Made by a program: the position numbers and the translations under genes. Below the pieces are notes generated by a model. It saw only the letters and a program-made list of their open reading frames with translations, did not search any database and had not been told where the DNA came from. Shown piece after piece: positions 37,651-47,565 of a DNA stretch of 64,000 bases. The first letter of the stretch is position 1; every line of letters begins with the position of its first letter. The stretch lies in assembly GCA_016217925.1 (NCBI GenBank), contig JACRFK010000003.1, positions 207,656 to 271,655 on the forward strand, given 5' to 3'. This DNA is from Candidatus Kaiserbacteria bacterium (GTDB lineage Bacteria; Patescibacteriota; Minisyncoccia; Phycocordibacterales; UBA2100).

Positions 37651-38185
37651 CATACATTGACGTATATATCTTTAGGGAGTAGGTTGGCCACGATGCCAAG
37701 CGCGGTGTACAAGCCTTGGCAGCCGCCCAAAATCCACGGGGGGTCGTAATGGCAAGTCCGCCTCAGTAATTTTCAGCCTTCAATAGAAAGGGGGTCAGAA
37801 GATGAAAAAACCGGGTAAGTAGCTCCTAGAACTCTGATTAGACAGGAGGACGCAAAGCAAATCCGTCGACGAAAGCGTAATTAACTTTCGTTCGGGACTC
37901 GTACAAATGTTCTTCGGGGAAAATCGGTACAAATCCCCAGTACCACTGACCTGATTAACGGCTCTGGCCGTAATTGACTTGAAGTCAAATACTCCACAGC
38001 GTTTCTACAATGGGAGTGCGGCGAGCATTACAAAACTCGCCCACCCCTAACCCTTTTTATACATTGACCGCAAAGACGAATTGCCATATACTCCGCGGAC
38101 ATATTAGTAGTGTACGCGCGGTTCATACCTCCCTGCCGACTGTCACGGTAGCGCAAGCAGGAAGGCACCAAAGCGTCCATTTAAA

Positions 38186-39304
38186 ATGTCAGAAGAAGAG
38201 AAGAAGGTTGTTGGTAGTGAAGAGAGCGAAGTCGAGGTAGTGCAGGAGAAGCAGGGCCCCATGGCGGAGCTTATGGCTACTGCCGGTACGCCGCCTGTCG
38301 TAGATGACGTCGTCGAAGGCCCCGTTGTCGCTATTGGCCGCGCGCGTGTATTCATCGATCTCGCGCCATACGGCACGGGTATCATCTACGGCCGCGAATA
38401 CCTTTCCGCACGTGAGGCCCTCAAGAACGTGAACATCGGCGACACGGTGACCGCGAAAGTCGTCGGGATGGACAACGCCGAGGGTTATATCGAATTGTCA
38501 TTGCGCGAAGCGCGCCAGGCCGTCATCTGGAACGAAGCCGAACAGGCCATGCAGAAAAAGACGGTCTTCGAATTGCCGGTCGTGGATGCCAACAAAGGCG
38601 GGCTCATCATCAATTGGAACGGTCTCGCAGGATTTTTGCCCGCCTCCCAGCTCGCACCCGCGCACTACCCGCGCGTACCCGACGGTGACAAGGAAAAGAT
38701 CTTCGTTGAGCTCAAGAAAATGGTGGGAACGAAAGTCGAGGTCATGGTCATCACCGCGAGCCCGAAGGAGCAGAAGCTCATCTTCAGCGAAAAGGGCGCG
38801 GGTGTCACCGAGCGCGCGTCGCTCGTGGAGAAATACCACGTGGGCGATACACTCGACGGCATCGTGACAGGCGCGACTGAATTCGGTGTCTTCGTGAAAA
38901 TAGAAGAAGGCCTCGAGGGCTTGGTGCACATCTCCGAAATGGATTGGGCGCTCGTCGAGAATCCGAAGACGCGCTTCAAGGTTGGTGAGCCGGTCAAGGT
39001 AAAGGTCATCGAGATAAAGGACGACAAAGTTTCCCTCTCCATCAAAGCGCTTCTTGACGACCCGTGGAAGGCGGCCGGCGCCAAATACAAAAAAGACCAG
39101 CGCGTGGATGCCGTCGTCATCAAATACAACAAACACGGTGCACTCGCTTCTATCGAAGAGGGCGTCGCAGGATTGGTGCACATCTCCGAATTCGCCAACG
39201 AAGACGACCTCCGCACGAAATTGGAACTCGGCAAAGTGTATCCGTTCACGATTACTTTCTTTGAACCGAAGGACAGAAGGATGACGCTCAAGCCCGCTGT
39301 TTAG
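38186..39304 (+). CDS. rpsA: 30S ribosomal protein S1 (four S1 domains)
   Basis: 372 aa; repeated S1 OB-fold motifs (GPVVAIGRARVFIDLAP, GDTLDGIVTGATEFGVFV, GLVHISE). Confidence 0.9.
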   Translation: MSEEEKKVVGSEESEVEVVQEKQGPMAELMATAGTPPVVDDVVEGPVVAIGRARVFIDLAPYGTGIIYGREYLSAREALKNVNIGDTVTAKVVGMDNAEGYIELSLREARQAVIWNEAEQAMQKKTVFELPVVDANKGGLIINWNGLAGFLPASQLAPAHYPRVPDGDKEKIFVELKKMVGTKVEVMVITASPKEQKLIFSEKGAGVTERASLVEKYHVGDTLDGIVTGATEFGVFVKIEEGLEGLVHISEMDWALVENPKTRFKVGEPVKVKVIEIKDDKVSLSIKALLDDPWKAAGAKYKKDQRVDAVVIKYNKHGALASIEEGVAGLVHISEFANEDDLRTKLELGKVYPFTITFFEPKDRRMTLKPAV

Positions 39305-39321
39305 TCAACGCTACATAGCAA

Positions 39322-39363
39322 AAGGCTCGGCCGCGGTATCCACGCTGCGGTCGAGCCTTTTTG
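39322..39363 (+). terminator. rho-independent terminator
   Basis: AAAGGCTCGGCCGCGGTATCCACGCTGCGGTCGAGCCTTTTTG. Confidence 0.65.
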
Positions 39364-39378
39364 CAGTGCATTGGGTTT

Positions 39379-39708
39379 TCATTTTCCCCTCCGCCTGCCA
39401 TACAGTTCCGTGACAAATCCGGATGTGACTTGGTTTCGAAGTTCCGCGATGAGCGCCTCACGCTCCGAGGCATTACTCATTGCCATTCGTGTCAGTCGGC
39501 CCTTGAACTCTCTGTCCCAGGAGTCGCAGTCCGGGACCATCACGTCGCCGACCTCCTTTGACAATTCGTCGATAACGGATATCCGCATTCTCGAACGAAC
39601 CGCGAGTCCAAGTTCACCCTGAGCGACGGTTACTTGAACATAGAACCACTCGACGGTACGCCATTGCTGCAGATATTCCCACCAGGGAATTCGCTGATGC
39701 AGTCGCAT
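39379..39708 (-). CDS. hypothetical protein
   Basis: 109 aa; strong SD GGGAGGTGAGCC before ATG. Confidence 0.45.
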   Translation of the reverse strand: MRLHQRIPWWEYLQQWRTVEWFYVQVTVAQGELGLAVRSRMRISVIDELSKEVGDVMVPDCDSWDREFKGRLTRMAMSNASEREALIAELRNQVTSGFVTELYGRRRGK

Positions 39709-39781
39709 GGCTCACCTCCCTGGTTAGCGACAGAACTATCTCTGCCGAGCAGCAGCTAAGCACGCTCATGAAGCCGCGTCA

Positions 39782-39830
39782 ATCCCGACGCTTCGGTCGG
39801 GACTCCGACCCTATTTGGCGTCGGAGTTGA
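39782..39830. repeat. structured double-hairpin repeat R3 (copy 2, inverted)
   Basis: CCGACGCTTCGGTCGG and ACTCCGAC..GTCGGAGT hairpins; reverse complement aligns with 18491..18540. Confidence 0.5.
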
Positions 39831-40443
39831 ACTTGTTCATCGCTATCTGAGGGCCGTCGGCGACGACAGCCTCGAGCGCTCCCGCGACTTTTTTGAAAAC
39901 TTTTTGTAAAATTTCTAATTCTGACGGTTTTCCGCCGGAGGCGGATCCTCCTTTGGAGGAGAACTTCGAGAGAATGAATTTGACGACTTCGTCTTCGCCT
40001 TGCGGCTTCTTGAGTTTGCCCCCCGGAGTCTCGGGCGAGACGCCTACGCGCACGCGCGTGAATTTCTTGGTCTTCACCGCTTTCATAATAGACTCGACTC
40101 CCCTGTGCCCGCCACTTCCTCTATTGAATGAGAGCTTGAGGCCGCCGATAGGCAGGTCGAGGTCGTCGTAGACGACGACCATGCGCTCGGCGGCCTTCTG
40201 ACTTTTGACGAATTTGAGTACCGCCGCGCCGGATTTGTTCATAAAGGTGTCCGGAGCGACGAGTACGACCGCAGTTTTCCCTATCATGCCGCTCGCTACA
40301 TGCGCTTTTGACTTGTTATCCTCCTTCCAGTCGCCGAATTGCATCTGTTTCCCAAAAAATTCAAGCGCCATGCGGCCTGTATTGTGCCGCGTGCCTTGAT
40401 ATTCCTCTCCGGGATTCCCCAAACCGACGATTACCCATGCCAT
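39811..40443 (-). CDS. pth: peptidyl-tRNA hydrolase
   Basis: VGLGNPGEEYQGTRHNTG, MNKSGAAV, DDLDLPIGGLKL; start at internal MAWVIVGLGNPG. In-frame 10-codon insertion SSKGGSASGG in the GKPP loop from the palindromic element. Confidence 0.85.
   Translation of the reverse strand: MAWVIVGLGNPGEEYQGTRHNTGRMALEFFGKQMQFGDWKEDNKSKAHVASGMIGKTAVVLVAPDTFMNKSGAAVLKFVKSQKAAERMVVVYDDLDLPIGGLKLSFNRGSGGHRGVESIMKAVKTKKFTRVRVGVSPETPGGKLKKPQGEDEVVKFILSKFSSKGGSASGGKPSELEILQKVFKKVAGALEAVVADGPQIAMNKFNSDAK
39931..39961. repeat. ~30-nt palindromic in-frame element, pth copy (opposite orientation)
   Basis: TCCGCCGGAGGCGGATCCTCCTTTGGAGGAG. Confidence 0.7.
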
Positions 40444-40460
40444 GAGCGGATAATATCCGC

Positions 40461-40550
40461 TAATTTTCAATTTACAAGTAACAATTTTCAAAAAACGCCG
40501 CATTACGAGCTCCTCATTTGAAAATTGGAAATTGGAAATTGGAAATTTCG
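40461..40550. promoter_or_regulatory. divergent pth/lepB promoter region with (GGAAATT)3 and AATTTTCAA repeats
   Basis: TTTGAAAATTGGAAATTGGAAATTGGAAATTTCG; TAATTTTCAATTTACAAGTAACAATTTTCAAAAAA; related motifs upstream of infB. Confidence 0.35.
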
Positions 40551-40693
40551 CGATGGAACATCGCGCACGCTTGGTGTCAACGCCGCTCACACAGTAGAAT
40601 ATCGCACATGTCTGATCCCGTGGTGCCAGTTGACCCATCACGGACCCCGTTAGAGATTCATAGAGAACTTGTTGTTGGTGATTTAAATAGTAT

Positions 40694-41305
40694 ATGAGTG
40701 AAAACTCACCAAGTGAGGCGCAAAACGTCCCCGTCTCTAACGGGGCGGGTACCCAAAAAGGTTCTCAGCGCTCACTATTCATTTACACGGTCGTTGCGCT
40801 CGGCCTCGCGCTCTTCATCCGCTTTTTCGTCGCTGCGCCGTACGTCGTTTCAGGTGCTTCCATGGAACCAAACTTCGAAGATTGGAATTATTTGATCGTT
40901 GACCGTGTGTCGTATGTCTTTGGGGCCCCCGTTCGCGGAGACGTCATCGTTCTCGACCTTCCGCAGAACGAAAGCCGCGCGCTCATCAAGCGAGTTATCG
41001 GCCTCCCCGGTGAGACCGTCGTACTCTCCGGCCAAAAAGTGACGATTATCAACGAAGAGCACCCGCAAGGCTTCACACTCGAGGAGCCGTACCTCGATGC
41101 AGCCAACCTCACGGGCAGCAACGAGCTTACGATGGAACTTTCCGGAGACGAATATTTTGTACTCGGCGACAACCGCCGCGTTTCCGCAGATTCACGCATC
41201 TGGGGCTCGCTTCCGCGCAAGGACATCGTCGGCCGCGTGTTTATAAGACTCTACCCTCTCGATCACATCGGTATTTTTCCCGCTGAAGCACGCTACACGG
41301 AATAA
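40694..41305 (+). CDS. lepB: signal peptidase I
   Basis: TM, catalytic GASMEPN (SM(E/Q)P box), GDVIVL, GDNRRVSADSR. Confidence 0.85.
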   Translation: MSENSPSEAQNVPVSNGAGTQKGSQRSLFIYTVVALGLALFIRFFVAAPYVVSGASMEPNFEDWNYLIVDRVSYVFGAPVRGDVIVLDLPQNESRALIKRVIGLPGETVVLSGQKVTIINEEHPQGFTLEEPYLDAANLTGSNELTMELSGDEYFVLGDNRRVSADSRIWGSLPRKDIVGRVFIRLYPLDHIGIFPAEARYTE

Positions 41306-41308
41306 CAT

Positions 41309-42601
41309 ATGATCAGATTGCGAGACACACAGTACCAGAACACCGCCGCGTTCCTAGAGAATGCGATACGTATCGCCGAGTACTACGGATTTGCACCGCT
41401 CGATAGCATGCCCCGCAACGCCGCGAATTCCGATTCGGCGGGCAAGCGCGGCGTCTTGCCTCTTTCCAAGGTCGAATCCGCGATAGCGTTCGCACGCAGA
41501 GACGAGCGCACCCTCCTTTCCGGCGCGCGCAAATGCATGAGTTGTCTCCCAGCGTTAGTGAATCTACCGTCCGCATCAGCGACCGGCCCCTTTGCGCCTC
41601 CGCACAGCGGCACCTTGCTCGCGTGGCGGACACTCACAAGCACGACCGGTATTCCATCGGTATCTTTTGAGCTCCACATCGTAGGTTCGACGAGCGCGAT
41701 GGCCGAAGCGCTTCTCATCGTCGTTGGCAATGCCATAGCGGAAGAAGCGGGTATTAAGGAGCGTGCGCTCGCCATCAACAACATCGGCTCGTCCGATTCG
41801 TCGAATCGCTTCGTGCGGGATGTCGGACTCTATCTGCGCAAGCACATCGAATCGATATCGCCCACGCTGCGCCCACGCGCAGCCGTCGACCCCTTGGGCA
41901 CGCTCGTGCAGCTCATCGAGCGCGGTCATCCGGCCACACCGCGCGCGCCACAAGCGATGGAATATCTGACCGAAGAGGAGCGCCGGAAATTCTGGGAACT
42001 CCTCGAGTACCTCGAGGTGTTCGGACTACCGTATGAATTAAATGCGCACATCCTCGGCAGCCGTGATTGCTGGTCGCACTCGCTCTTCGAGATCTCCACA
42101 ACGGACTCCGAGACCGGAGCGCGTATCCCCGTCTCATTTGGCGGACGCTACGATCCTCTTGCGAGCCGTTTCGCCCGCACGCCCTCATCCGCGACGATGA
42201 TATCCATCACCTGCGAAGTGCGCGGGAAAACTCGCCCCATGAGAAAAAAGAATTCCAACGGTGCAGGCGTGAAGTCCGATGACGCTCAACCTGCGGTCTA
42301 TTTCGCCCACCTCGGAAGTGAAGCGCGCCGCCGCGTACTCGGCGTTCTTGAAAACTTGCGCCACGCCTCAATACCGGTGCATCAGGGCATCTGGTACGAG
42401 CGCGTTGCCGAGCAGATGGCGGCGGCCCGCACACTCGCCGTGCCGTACATCCTCATCATGGGACACAAAGAAGCGGTGGAGGGCACGATACTCGTTCGTG
42501 AGGTAGCGACCAATTCCCAGGACGCGATTCCCCTTCCCGAACTTCCCAATTACCTCAAACGCCGCCGCGTCGGTGCGTGGCGCGAAGGAGCGCACGCTTG
42601 A
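41309..42601 (+). CDS. class IIa aminoacyl-tRNA synthetase, HisRS-like (divergent N-terminus)
   Basis: FGGRYDPL (HisRS motif-2 region) and C-terminal anticodon-binding domain AVPYILIMGHKEAVEGTILVREV; N-terminal motif 1 poorly conserved. Confidence 0.5.
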   Translation: MIRLRDTQYQNTAAFLENAIRIAEYYGFAPLDSMPRNAANSDSAGKRGVLPLSKVESAIAFARRDERTLLSGARKCMSCLPALVNLPSASATGPFAPPHSGTLLAWRTLTSTTGIPSVSFELHIVGSTSAMAEALLIVVGNAIAEEAGIKERALAINNIGSSDSSNRFVRDVGLYLRKHIESISPTLRPRAAVDPLGTLVQLIERGHPATPRAPQAMEYLTEEERRKFWELLEYLEVFGLPYELNAHILGSRDCWSHSLFEISTTDSETGARIPVSFGGRYDPLASRFARTPSSATMISITCEVRGKTRPMRKKNSNGAGVKSDDAQPAVYFAHLGSEARRRVLGVLENLRHASIPVHQGIWYERVAEQMAAARTLAVPYILIMGHKEAVEGTILVREVATNSQDAIPLPELPNYLKRRRVGAWREGAHA

Positions 42602-42707
42602 ATAAATCAAACTGCAAACTCCAAAGTGCAAAATGATAATGATGCACTTTTTGGTTTTTGGATTTTGACTTTTGCATATGCAGATGGTAGACTCGTCGCC
42701 ACATGAG

Positions 42708-42823
42708 TCCCGTTAGAAGTAGCGGACGCATGTGCCTAGATTAACCAAGAAAACCAACCTTATTACACTTTATCGAGTATGGTGCGAGACGTCCTACGTT
42801 TCCGCGTCCTACTTCTAACGGGA
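42708..42823 (+). promoter_or_regulatory. long-range inverted repeat ending at the rpsU start codon
   Basis: TCCCGTTAGAAGTAGCGGACGC (42708..42729) pairs with GCGTCCTACTTCTAACGGGA (42804..42823) directly before ATG 42823. Confidence 0.4.
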
Positions 42824-43155
42824 TGAGCATAAACGCAGAAGTATCCAAAAGCGGCAATGAAAGCACGCTTTCTACCATTCGCAAATTCTCCCGCCGCGTA
42901 CAGGGTACGGGCTTGGTACGCACCGTCCGCGGAGGACGCTACTACACACGCACCGCATCCAAGATAGTGAAGAAGAAGCGCGCGCTCAAGCTCATTAAGC
43001 GCCGCGCTGACTACAAGCAGCTCATCAAGGAGGGTAAGGTCATCGAAGCTGCGCCCCGCCACGGACAAGGAGGCCGCCCATCGCACAATCGCCCCGGCCA
43101 GACTGAACAATCGTCCGCTCCGAAGCCTGCCGAGAGTACCCCTGTCGCAAGATAA
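42823..43155 (+). CDS. rpsU: 30S ribosomal protein S21-like
   Basis: GNESTLSTIRKFSRRVQGTGLVRTVRGGRYYTRTASKIVKKKRALK resembles the S21 (E..ALRRFKR..G.L.EVR.R.Y.KPS.KRK) pattern; basic; extended C-terminus. Confidence 0.5.
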   Translation: MSINAEVSKSGNESTLSTIRKFSRRVQGTGLVRTVRGGRYYTRTASKIVKKKRALKLIKRRADYKQLIKEGKVIEAAPRHGQGGRPSHNRPGQTEQSSAPKPAESTPVAR

Positions 43156-43194
43156 CGACTTCGTAAGTCGTTATAACGATTTGCGAAGTCGTTA
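43154..43194. repeat. tandem 20-nt palindromes R1 (AACGACTTCGTAAGTCGTTA / AACGATTTGCGAAGTCGTTA)
   Basis: Perfect 8-bp-arm palindromes spanning rpsU stop to ybeY start; further copies at 44838 and 45011. Confidence 0.6.
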
Positions 43195-43205
43195 TGCACC
43201 CAACG

Positions 43206-43610
43206 ATGAAAACCGGGATTACAACGACTATTCGCGGCCCTATGCCACGAATTCCGTTTGAGAAGATAGCCCGCGCGATACTTGGCAAGAACTATGAGCT
43301 TTCACTCGTCATCTGCGGCGATAAACTCGTGCGCCGGATGAATCAGAAGTATCGGAAGAAGAGTTACCGGCCAAATATCCTTTCCTTTCCCCTTTCAAAG
43401 GACGAGGGGGAGATTTTTTTGAACGTCCGCGCGGCGGCGCGCGAAGCGCGCCGCCTCAAGGTCCCCCTTCGTGACCGTTTGGCTCTATTGTTTGTCCACG
43501 GATGCTTACACTTAAAGGGACTGCAACATGGGCGTATAATGGAGGCACAAGAGCAGCGCATTCTGCGTGTCTTTCATTTTTCATGCAACGGCCAATATAT
43601 ACAGGAATAG
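43206..43610 (+). CDS. ybeY: endoribonuclease YbeY
   Basis: HGCLHLKGLQHG (H..LHL.G.DH metal site); about 134 aa. Confidence 0.8.
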   Translation: MKTGITTTIRGPMPRIPFEKIARAILGKNYELSLVICGDKLVRRMNQKYRKKSYRPNILSFPLSKDEGEIFLNVRAAAREARRLKVPLRDRLALLFVHGCLHLKGLQHGRIMEAQEQRILRVFHFSCNGQYIQE

Positions 43611-44755
43611 ACATCGGCACGTACCACGTCAAGGTCGTTGTCGCAGCGCCTACGGAGAACTCTGAGCTCCCGCTTACTATCCTGGGCACCGGCACATCGA
43701 CGTCGCGCGGATTACGGCACGGCTATATCATCGACCAAAAAGAGGCGACGCGGAGTATCCGCGAGGCGCTCGGGCGTGCGCTCGGCGCGGCAAAGGTCAA
43801 AGTGCGTAGCACACGGGTGGCCCTCGGGGGCATCGGCCTCGATGAGATACGTTCCACCGGCGAAGTAGCGCTTACCGTATCCGGCGGCGTCGTGACAGAG
43901 CGCGAGATAGACCGCGCACTCCGCGAGAGCGAGAAAAAAGCTTCCGCCAAGCTAACGAACCGCACCGTTATCCATGCAATACCGCTCGAGTACCGTGTAG
44001 ATGGCACCAAGGTTTTCGGCAGGCCGCTCGGGCTTCAAGGCACGCGCCTCACCGTCGACACGCTCCTCATAACGATGCTCTCACAACACCAGGAAGACCT
44101 CATCGAGGCGGTCGAGGCCGCCGGTATCGAAGTCGATGGCGTTATGGCCTCTCCGCTTGCCGCGAGCCTCGTCACGCTCACGAAGGCGCAAAAAACCGCT
44201 GGCGTCGTCCTCGCGAATATCGGCGCAGAAACACTCTCTGTCGTCGTCTTCGAAGACGATACGCCGATCTCGCTCAAGATCTTCCCGACCGGCTCATCCG
44301 AGATAACGGAATCCATCGCCCTTTCGTTCAAGATACCGCTCTCGGAAGCAGAGAGCCTCAAGCGTGGCGGTGTGATTGGAAGCGACATCCCAGAGAAAAA
44401 AATGGGCGTCATTATCGGCGCACAGCTCAAAGAAATGTACACACTCGTGAACGCACATCTGAAAACCATCGGCCGCCACCGTCTTTTGCCCGCGGGTATC
44501 GTCATTACAGGCGGCGGCTCAGGCCTTACTTCCGCGGCGGAAATCGCACGCGCCGTCCTCCAGCTACCCTCGCAGGTCTCACAGATAGGGCAGATGCCAC
44601 GCTCATCCGGCGTTGACGCCACGTGGGCGGTCGCCTACGGCCTCTGTAGGTGGGCCTACGCCGAAGACGCCTCAGGGGCGCGGCAGACGTTTGGCGGGGT
44701 CCTCTCCGGCGGCTGGGAGTCATTGAAACAAGGCTTGCGATCGTTACTCCCATAA
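43583..44755 (+). CDS. ftsA: cell division protein FtsA
   Basis: Actin-fold IYTGIDIGTYHVKVVVA...GGIGLDE...VITGGGSGL; start at internal MQRPIYTG; overlaps ybeY by about 28 nt. Confidence 0.85.
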   Translation: MQRPIYTGIDIGTYHVKVVVAAPTENSELPLTILGTGTSTSRGLRHGYIIDQKEATRSIREALGRALGAAKVKVRSTRVALGGIGLDEIRSTGEVALTVSGGVVTEREIDRALRESEKKASAKLTNRTVIHAIPLEYRVDGTKVFGRPLGLQGTRLTVDTLLITMLSQHQEDLIEAVEAAGIEVDGVMASPLAASLVTLTKAQKTAGVVLANIGAETLSVVVFEDDTPISLKIFPTGSSEITESIALSFKIPLSEAESLKRGGVIGSDIPEKKMGVIIGAQLKEMYTLVNAHLKTIGRHRLLPAGIVITGGGSGLTSAAEIARAVLQLPSQVSQIGQMPRSSGVDATWAVAYGLCRWAYAEDASGARQTFGGVLSGGWESLKQGLRSLLP

Positions 44756-44837
44756 AAAGACACGGACTCGCCAACGCGGCGAGCCCGCATGTTCAGACGA
44801 TAATCAAGAGCAAGATTATCGCTGTAACCAGAAAATT

Positions 44838-45060
44838 AACGACTTCGTAAGTCGTTATCATAAGTCGTTCTCATGCAATGAGATGTCATCTCATTGCAAA
44901 TCTAATATTCTTATATTTCGTCTATGGTGAGAAATAGGAACATCGAAGATATTCCCAGTTGGTGACGACAGCTTACGAATGGGAATATTGCTTTTCGCAT
45001 TAAAAAGATTAAAGACTTCGTAAGTCGTTATTCCCTACGCAATGAGATGTCACCTCATTG
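44838..45060. repeat. repeat-dense intergenic block: two R1-R2 palindrome units about 170 nt apart
   Basis: R1 AACGACTTCGTAAGTCGTTA (44838, 45011) and R2 GCAATGAGATGTCATCTCATTGC (44875, 45040); followed by a long hairpin at 45078..45126. Confidence 0.6.
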
Positions 45061-45158
45061 GGTCTCATAAAAGAAGAACCGCCTCGCCGAGAGAAGATGT
45101 CCCGACGAGGTCGGTGGTTCTTCTTCGACGTAGCGGTTCGTTAGTCCAAGAGGCTCGC

Positions 45159-45317
45159 TTACATTTTCTGCAGCGTGCGAGCTACCCAGACCATCGCGGC
45201 TAACGTCACAACGACAAAAACGACCAGTTGGATTTGGGGCCGTATTTCAGGCGCAATGGCCCAGAGCACGGCGACCATAATCACAATGGCGGTAAGCGGG
45301 AGCAGCAAACTTTTCAT
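45159..45317 (-). CDS. hypothetical small membrane protein
   Basis: MKSLLLPLTAIVIMVAVLWAIAPE...VVFVVVTLAAMVWV; 52 aa, 2 TM. Confidence 0.3.
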   Translation of the reverse strand: MKSLLLPLTAIVIMVAVLWAIAPEIRPQIQLVVFVVVTLAAMVWVARTLQKM

Positions 45318-45430
45318 TTTCTTCCCCTGGTTTCGTAGCGTTGACGATTCGTGACCAAGTTGTATGATACCACCCCATATTGTGTTTGTCAAGCTTGCCC
45401 TTTTCGGTAAAGTGCTATTATGGCCTCACT

Positions 45431-46621
45431 ATGACAAAACAAGTAAAGCCGGATGTTGAGTCGTTCGCACGTATACGAGTTATTGGCGTCGGTGGATCAG
45501 GAGGAAACGCGGTGAATCACATGGTTTCCTCGCACGTGGTCGGCGTTGATTTCATAGCCATCAATACAGATGCGCAAGACCTCCACAAGAACAAAGCGAA
45601 GCGTAAAATCAATATCGGTAAGACTCTCACGCGAGGGCTTGGCGCGGGAATGAACGCAGAGCTTGGCAAGCAGGCGGCTGAAGAAACGCGAGAAGAAATC
45701 CAAGAAGCTATCAAGGGTTCCGATATGGTGTTCATCACCTGCGGTATGGGTGGCGGCACTGGCACGGGTGCCGCGCCGACAGTAGCGAAAATCGCGCGCG
45801 AGCTCGGAGCGCTCACCGTCGGCGTCGTCACGCGCCCGTTCGGATTTGAAGGCCAGCAGCGTATGCGCCTCGCGGAGGCAGGGCTCGCCGAATTGCGCAA
45901 GGCGGTAGATGCGCTCATCATAATTCCCAACGACAAACTTCTCGCTATCGTTTCCCGCGAGACCGGCATCAAAAATGCCTTTGCAATGTGCGACGACATT
46001 CTGAAGCAGGCCGTTGAAGGTATCTCTGATCTCATTACAACGACCGGCATTATTAACGTCGACTTCGCGGACGTGCGTGCCATCATGCACAACGCCGGAA
46101 GCGCGCTTATGGGTATTGGCACCGCGATAGGCGAGCACCGCGCCGAGATGGCGGCCCGCGCAGCTATCAATTCCCCGCTTCTCGAGGTCTCGATAAACGG
46201 AGCCAAGGGCGTTCTCTTCTCAATCGCCGGCGGCGAGGACCTCGGAATGCTCGAAGTGCAGGACGCGGCCAACGTCATTACCGAGGCCATCGATCCGGAT
46301 GCGAAAGTTATCTTCGGTGCTGTTACCGACGACTCGCTCAAGAAGGGCCAGGTACGAGTCACTGTTATCGCGACTGGTTTCCCGGAGGCCGGACAACGCG
46401 CCTCGCTTTTCGCGGGTTCGCAACGTATCGTAGCCAAAAAAGATCAGGATGTACCGCCGGTCAATCCGCGGGCACGTGAGGAGATGAAAAAAATGACTGA
46501 GACTACGGAGAAACACGAAAAGTCAACAGTAAAAGATGCCCCGAAAACAGCCGTCAAAACCCAAGCAGAAGATGACGAGGATAGCTGGGGAGGACTGCCG
46601 TCGTTTTTGCGTCGTAAATAA
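45431..46621 (+). CDS. ftsZ: cell division protein FtsZ
   Basis: [13 protein letters not shown], tubulin signature [11 protein letters not shown]7 loop NxDxxD-like region; start at internal MTKQVKPD. Confidence 0.9.
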   Translation: MTKQVKPDVESFARIRVIGVGGSGGNAVNHMVSSHVVGVDFIAINTDAQDLHKNKAKRKINIGKTLTRGLGAGMNAELGKQAAEETREEIQEAIKGSDMVFITCGMGGGTGTGAAPTVAKIARELGALTVGVVTRPFGFEGQQRMRLAEAGLAELRKAVDALIIIPNDKLLAIVSRETGIKNAFAMCDDILKQAVEGISDLITTTGIINVDFADVRAIMHNAGSALMGIGTAIGEHRAEMAARAAINSPLLEVSINGAKGVLFSIAGGEDLGMLEVQDAANVITEAIDPDAKVIFGAVTDDSLKKGQVRVTVIATGFPEAGQRASLFAGSQRIVAKKDQDVPPVNPRAREEMKKMTETTEKHEKSTVKDAPKTAVKTQAEDDEDSWGGLPSFLRRK

Positions 46622-46635
46622 TGTAGAATAGTCCG

Positions 46636-47565
46636 ATGTCGGAGAGCTACGAACTCGGAATTGTGGGCGGCGGCCCCGCAGGGGCCGCCGCAGCTATCTA
46701 CGCCGCGCGCAAACGCTTGAAGACCGTCTTCATCACGAGTGAATGGGGCGGCCAAAGCACAGTCTCGACCGATGTGCAGAATTGGATAGGTACGCCTTCC
46801 ATCTCCGGCACCGAGCTCGCGGCCAACTTGCGCAAACACGTGGAAGCGTACGCCGGTGAATGGCTCACCATCGTCTCCCCCGCACTTGCGACCGGCCTCA
46901 CCACACACGACGACCGCGTTGAGATGACGACGAACAAGGGCGTATTTCAGGCGGGCGCCGTCCTCATCACGACCGGTGCCAACCGTCGCAAACTCGAAGT
47001 GAAAGGTGCGGCGCAGTACGACCAAAAAGGCCTCACCTATTGCGCGAGCTGTGACGGTCCCCTCTTTGCCGACAAAGATGTAGCGGTCATCGGCGGCGGC
47101 AACGCCGCATTTGAAACGGCGCTCCAGCTCCTTGCCTACTGTAAGACCGTGACGCTTTTCAATCGCACCGACACCTTTAGGGCCGACGCGATATCCGTCA
47201 ATGCCGCGCTCACCAACCCAAAAATGCACGTCATAAAGCAGAGCGAGATACTCGAAGTCGTCGGCGACAAATTCATCACGGGCCTGCGTTGGAAAGACTC
47301 ACAAAGCGGCAAAGAAGAGGTCCTCCCCGTTGAGGGTATCTTCGTTGAAATAGGACTCATTCCAAATACCGCGTGGACGGGCAGCGCCGTTGAGAAAAAC
47401 GAAATAGGACAGGTCAAAGTGGACCCCCGCACGCACCAGGCCTCGCACCCGCGCATCTGGGCCGCGGGCGATTGCACCGACGGCCTCTACCACCAAAACA
47501 ACATAGCCGCCGGCGACGCCGTGAAAGCGCTTGAGGATATCTACATGGCGCTGCGGAGGGTTTAG
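46636..47565 (+). CDS. trxB: thioredoxin-disulfide reductase
   Basis: FAD site GGGPAGAAAAIYAAR, redox CASCDG, NADPH site GGGNAAFETAL. Confidence 0.85.
   Translation: MSESYELGIVGGGPAGAAAAIYAARKRLKTVFITSEWGGQSTVSTDVQNWIGTPSISGTELAANLRKHVEAYAGEWLTIVSPALATGLTTHDDRVEMTTNKGVFQAGAVLITTGANRRKLEVKGAAQYDQKGLTYCASCDGPLFADKDVAVIGGGNAAFETALQLLAYCKTVTLFNRTDTFRADAISVNAALTNPKMHVIKQSEILEVVGDKFITGLRWKDSQSGKEEVLPVEGIFVEIGLIPNTAWTGSAVEKNEIGQVKVDPRTHQASHPRIWAAGDCTDGLYHQNNIAAGDAVKALEDIYMALRRV

Noticed and set aside
37650-38185. tmRNA (ssrA) candidate because of a tag-like reading frame GCAAATCCGTCGACGAAAGCGTAA
   Set aside because: No GGGG...UUCGA 5' tRNA-like start or GGUUCGAxUCC...CCA 3' end was found. The would-be tag ANPSTKA lacks the usual hydrophobic ..AA C-terminus. 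Kept only as an unexplained non-coding region.
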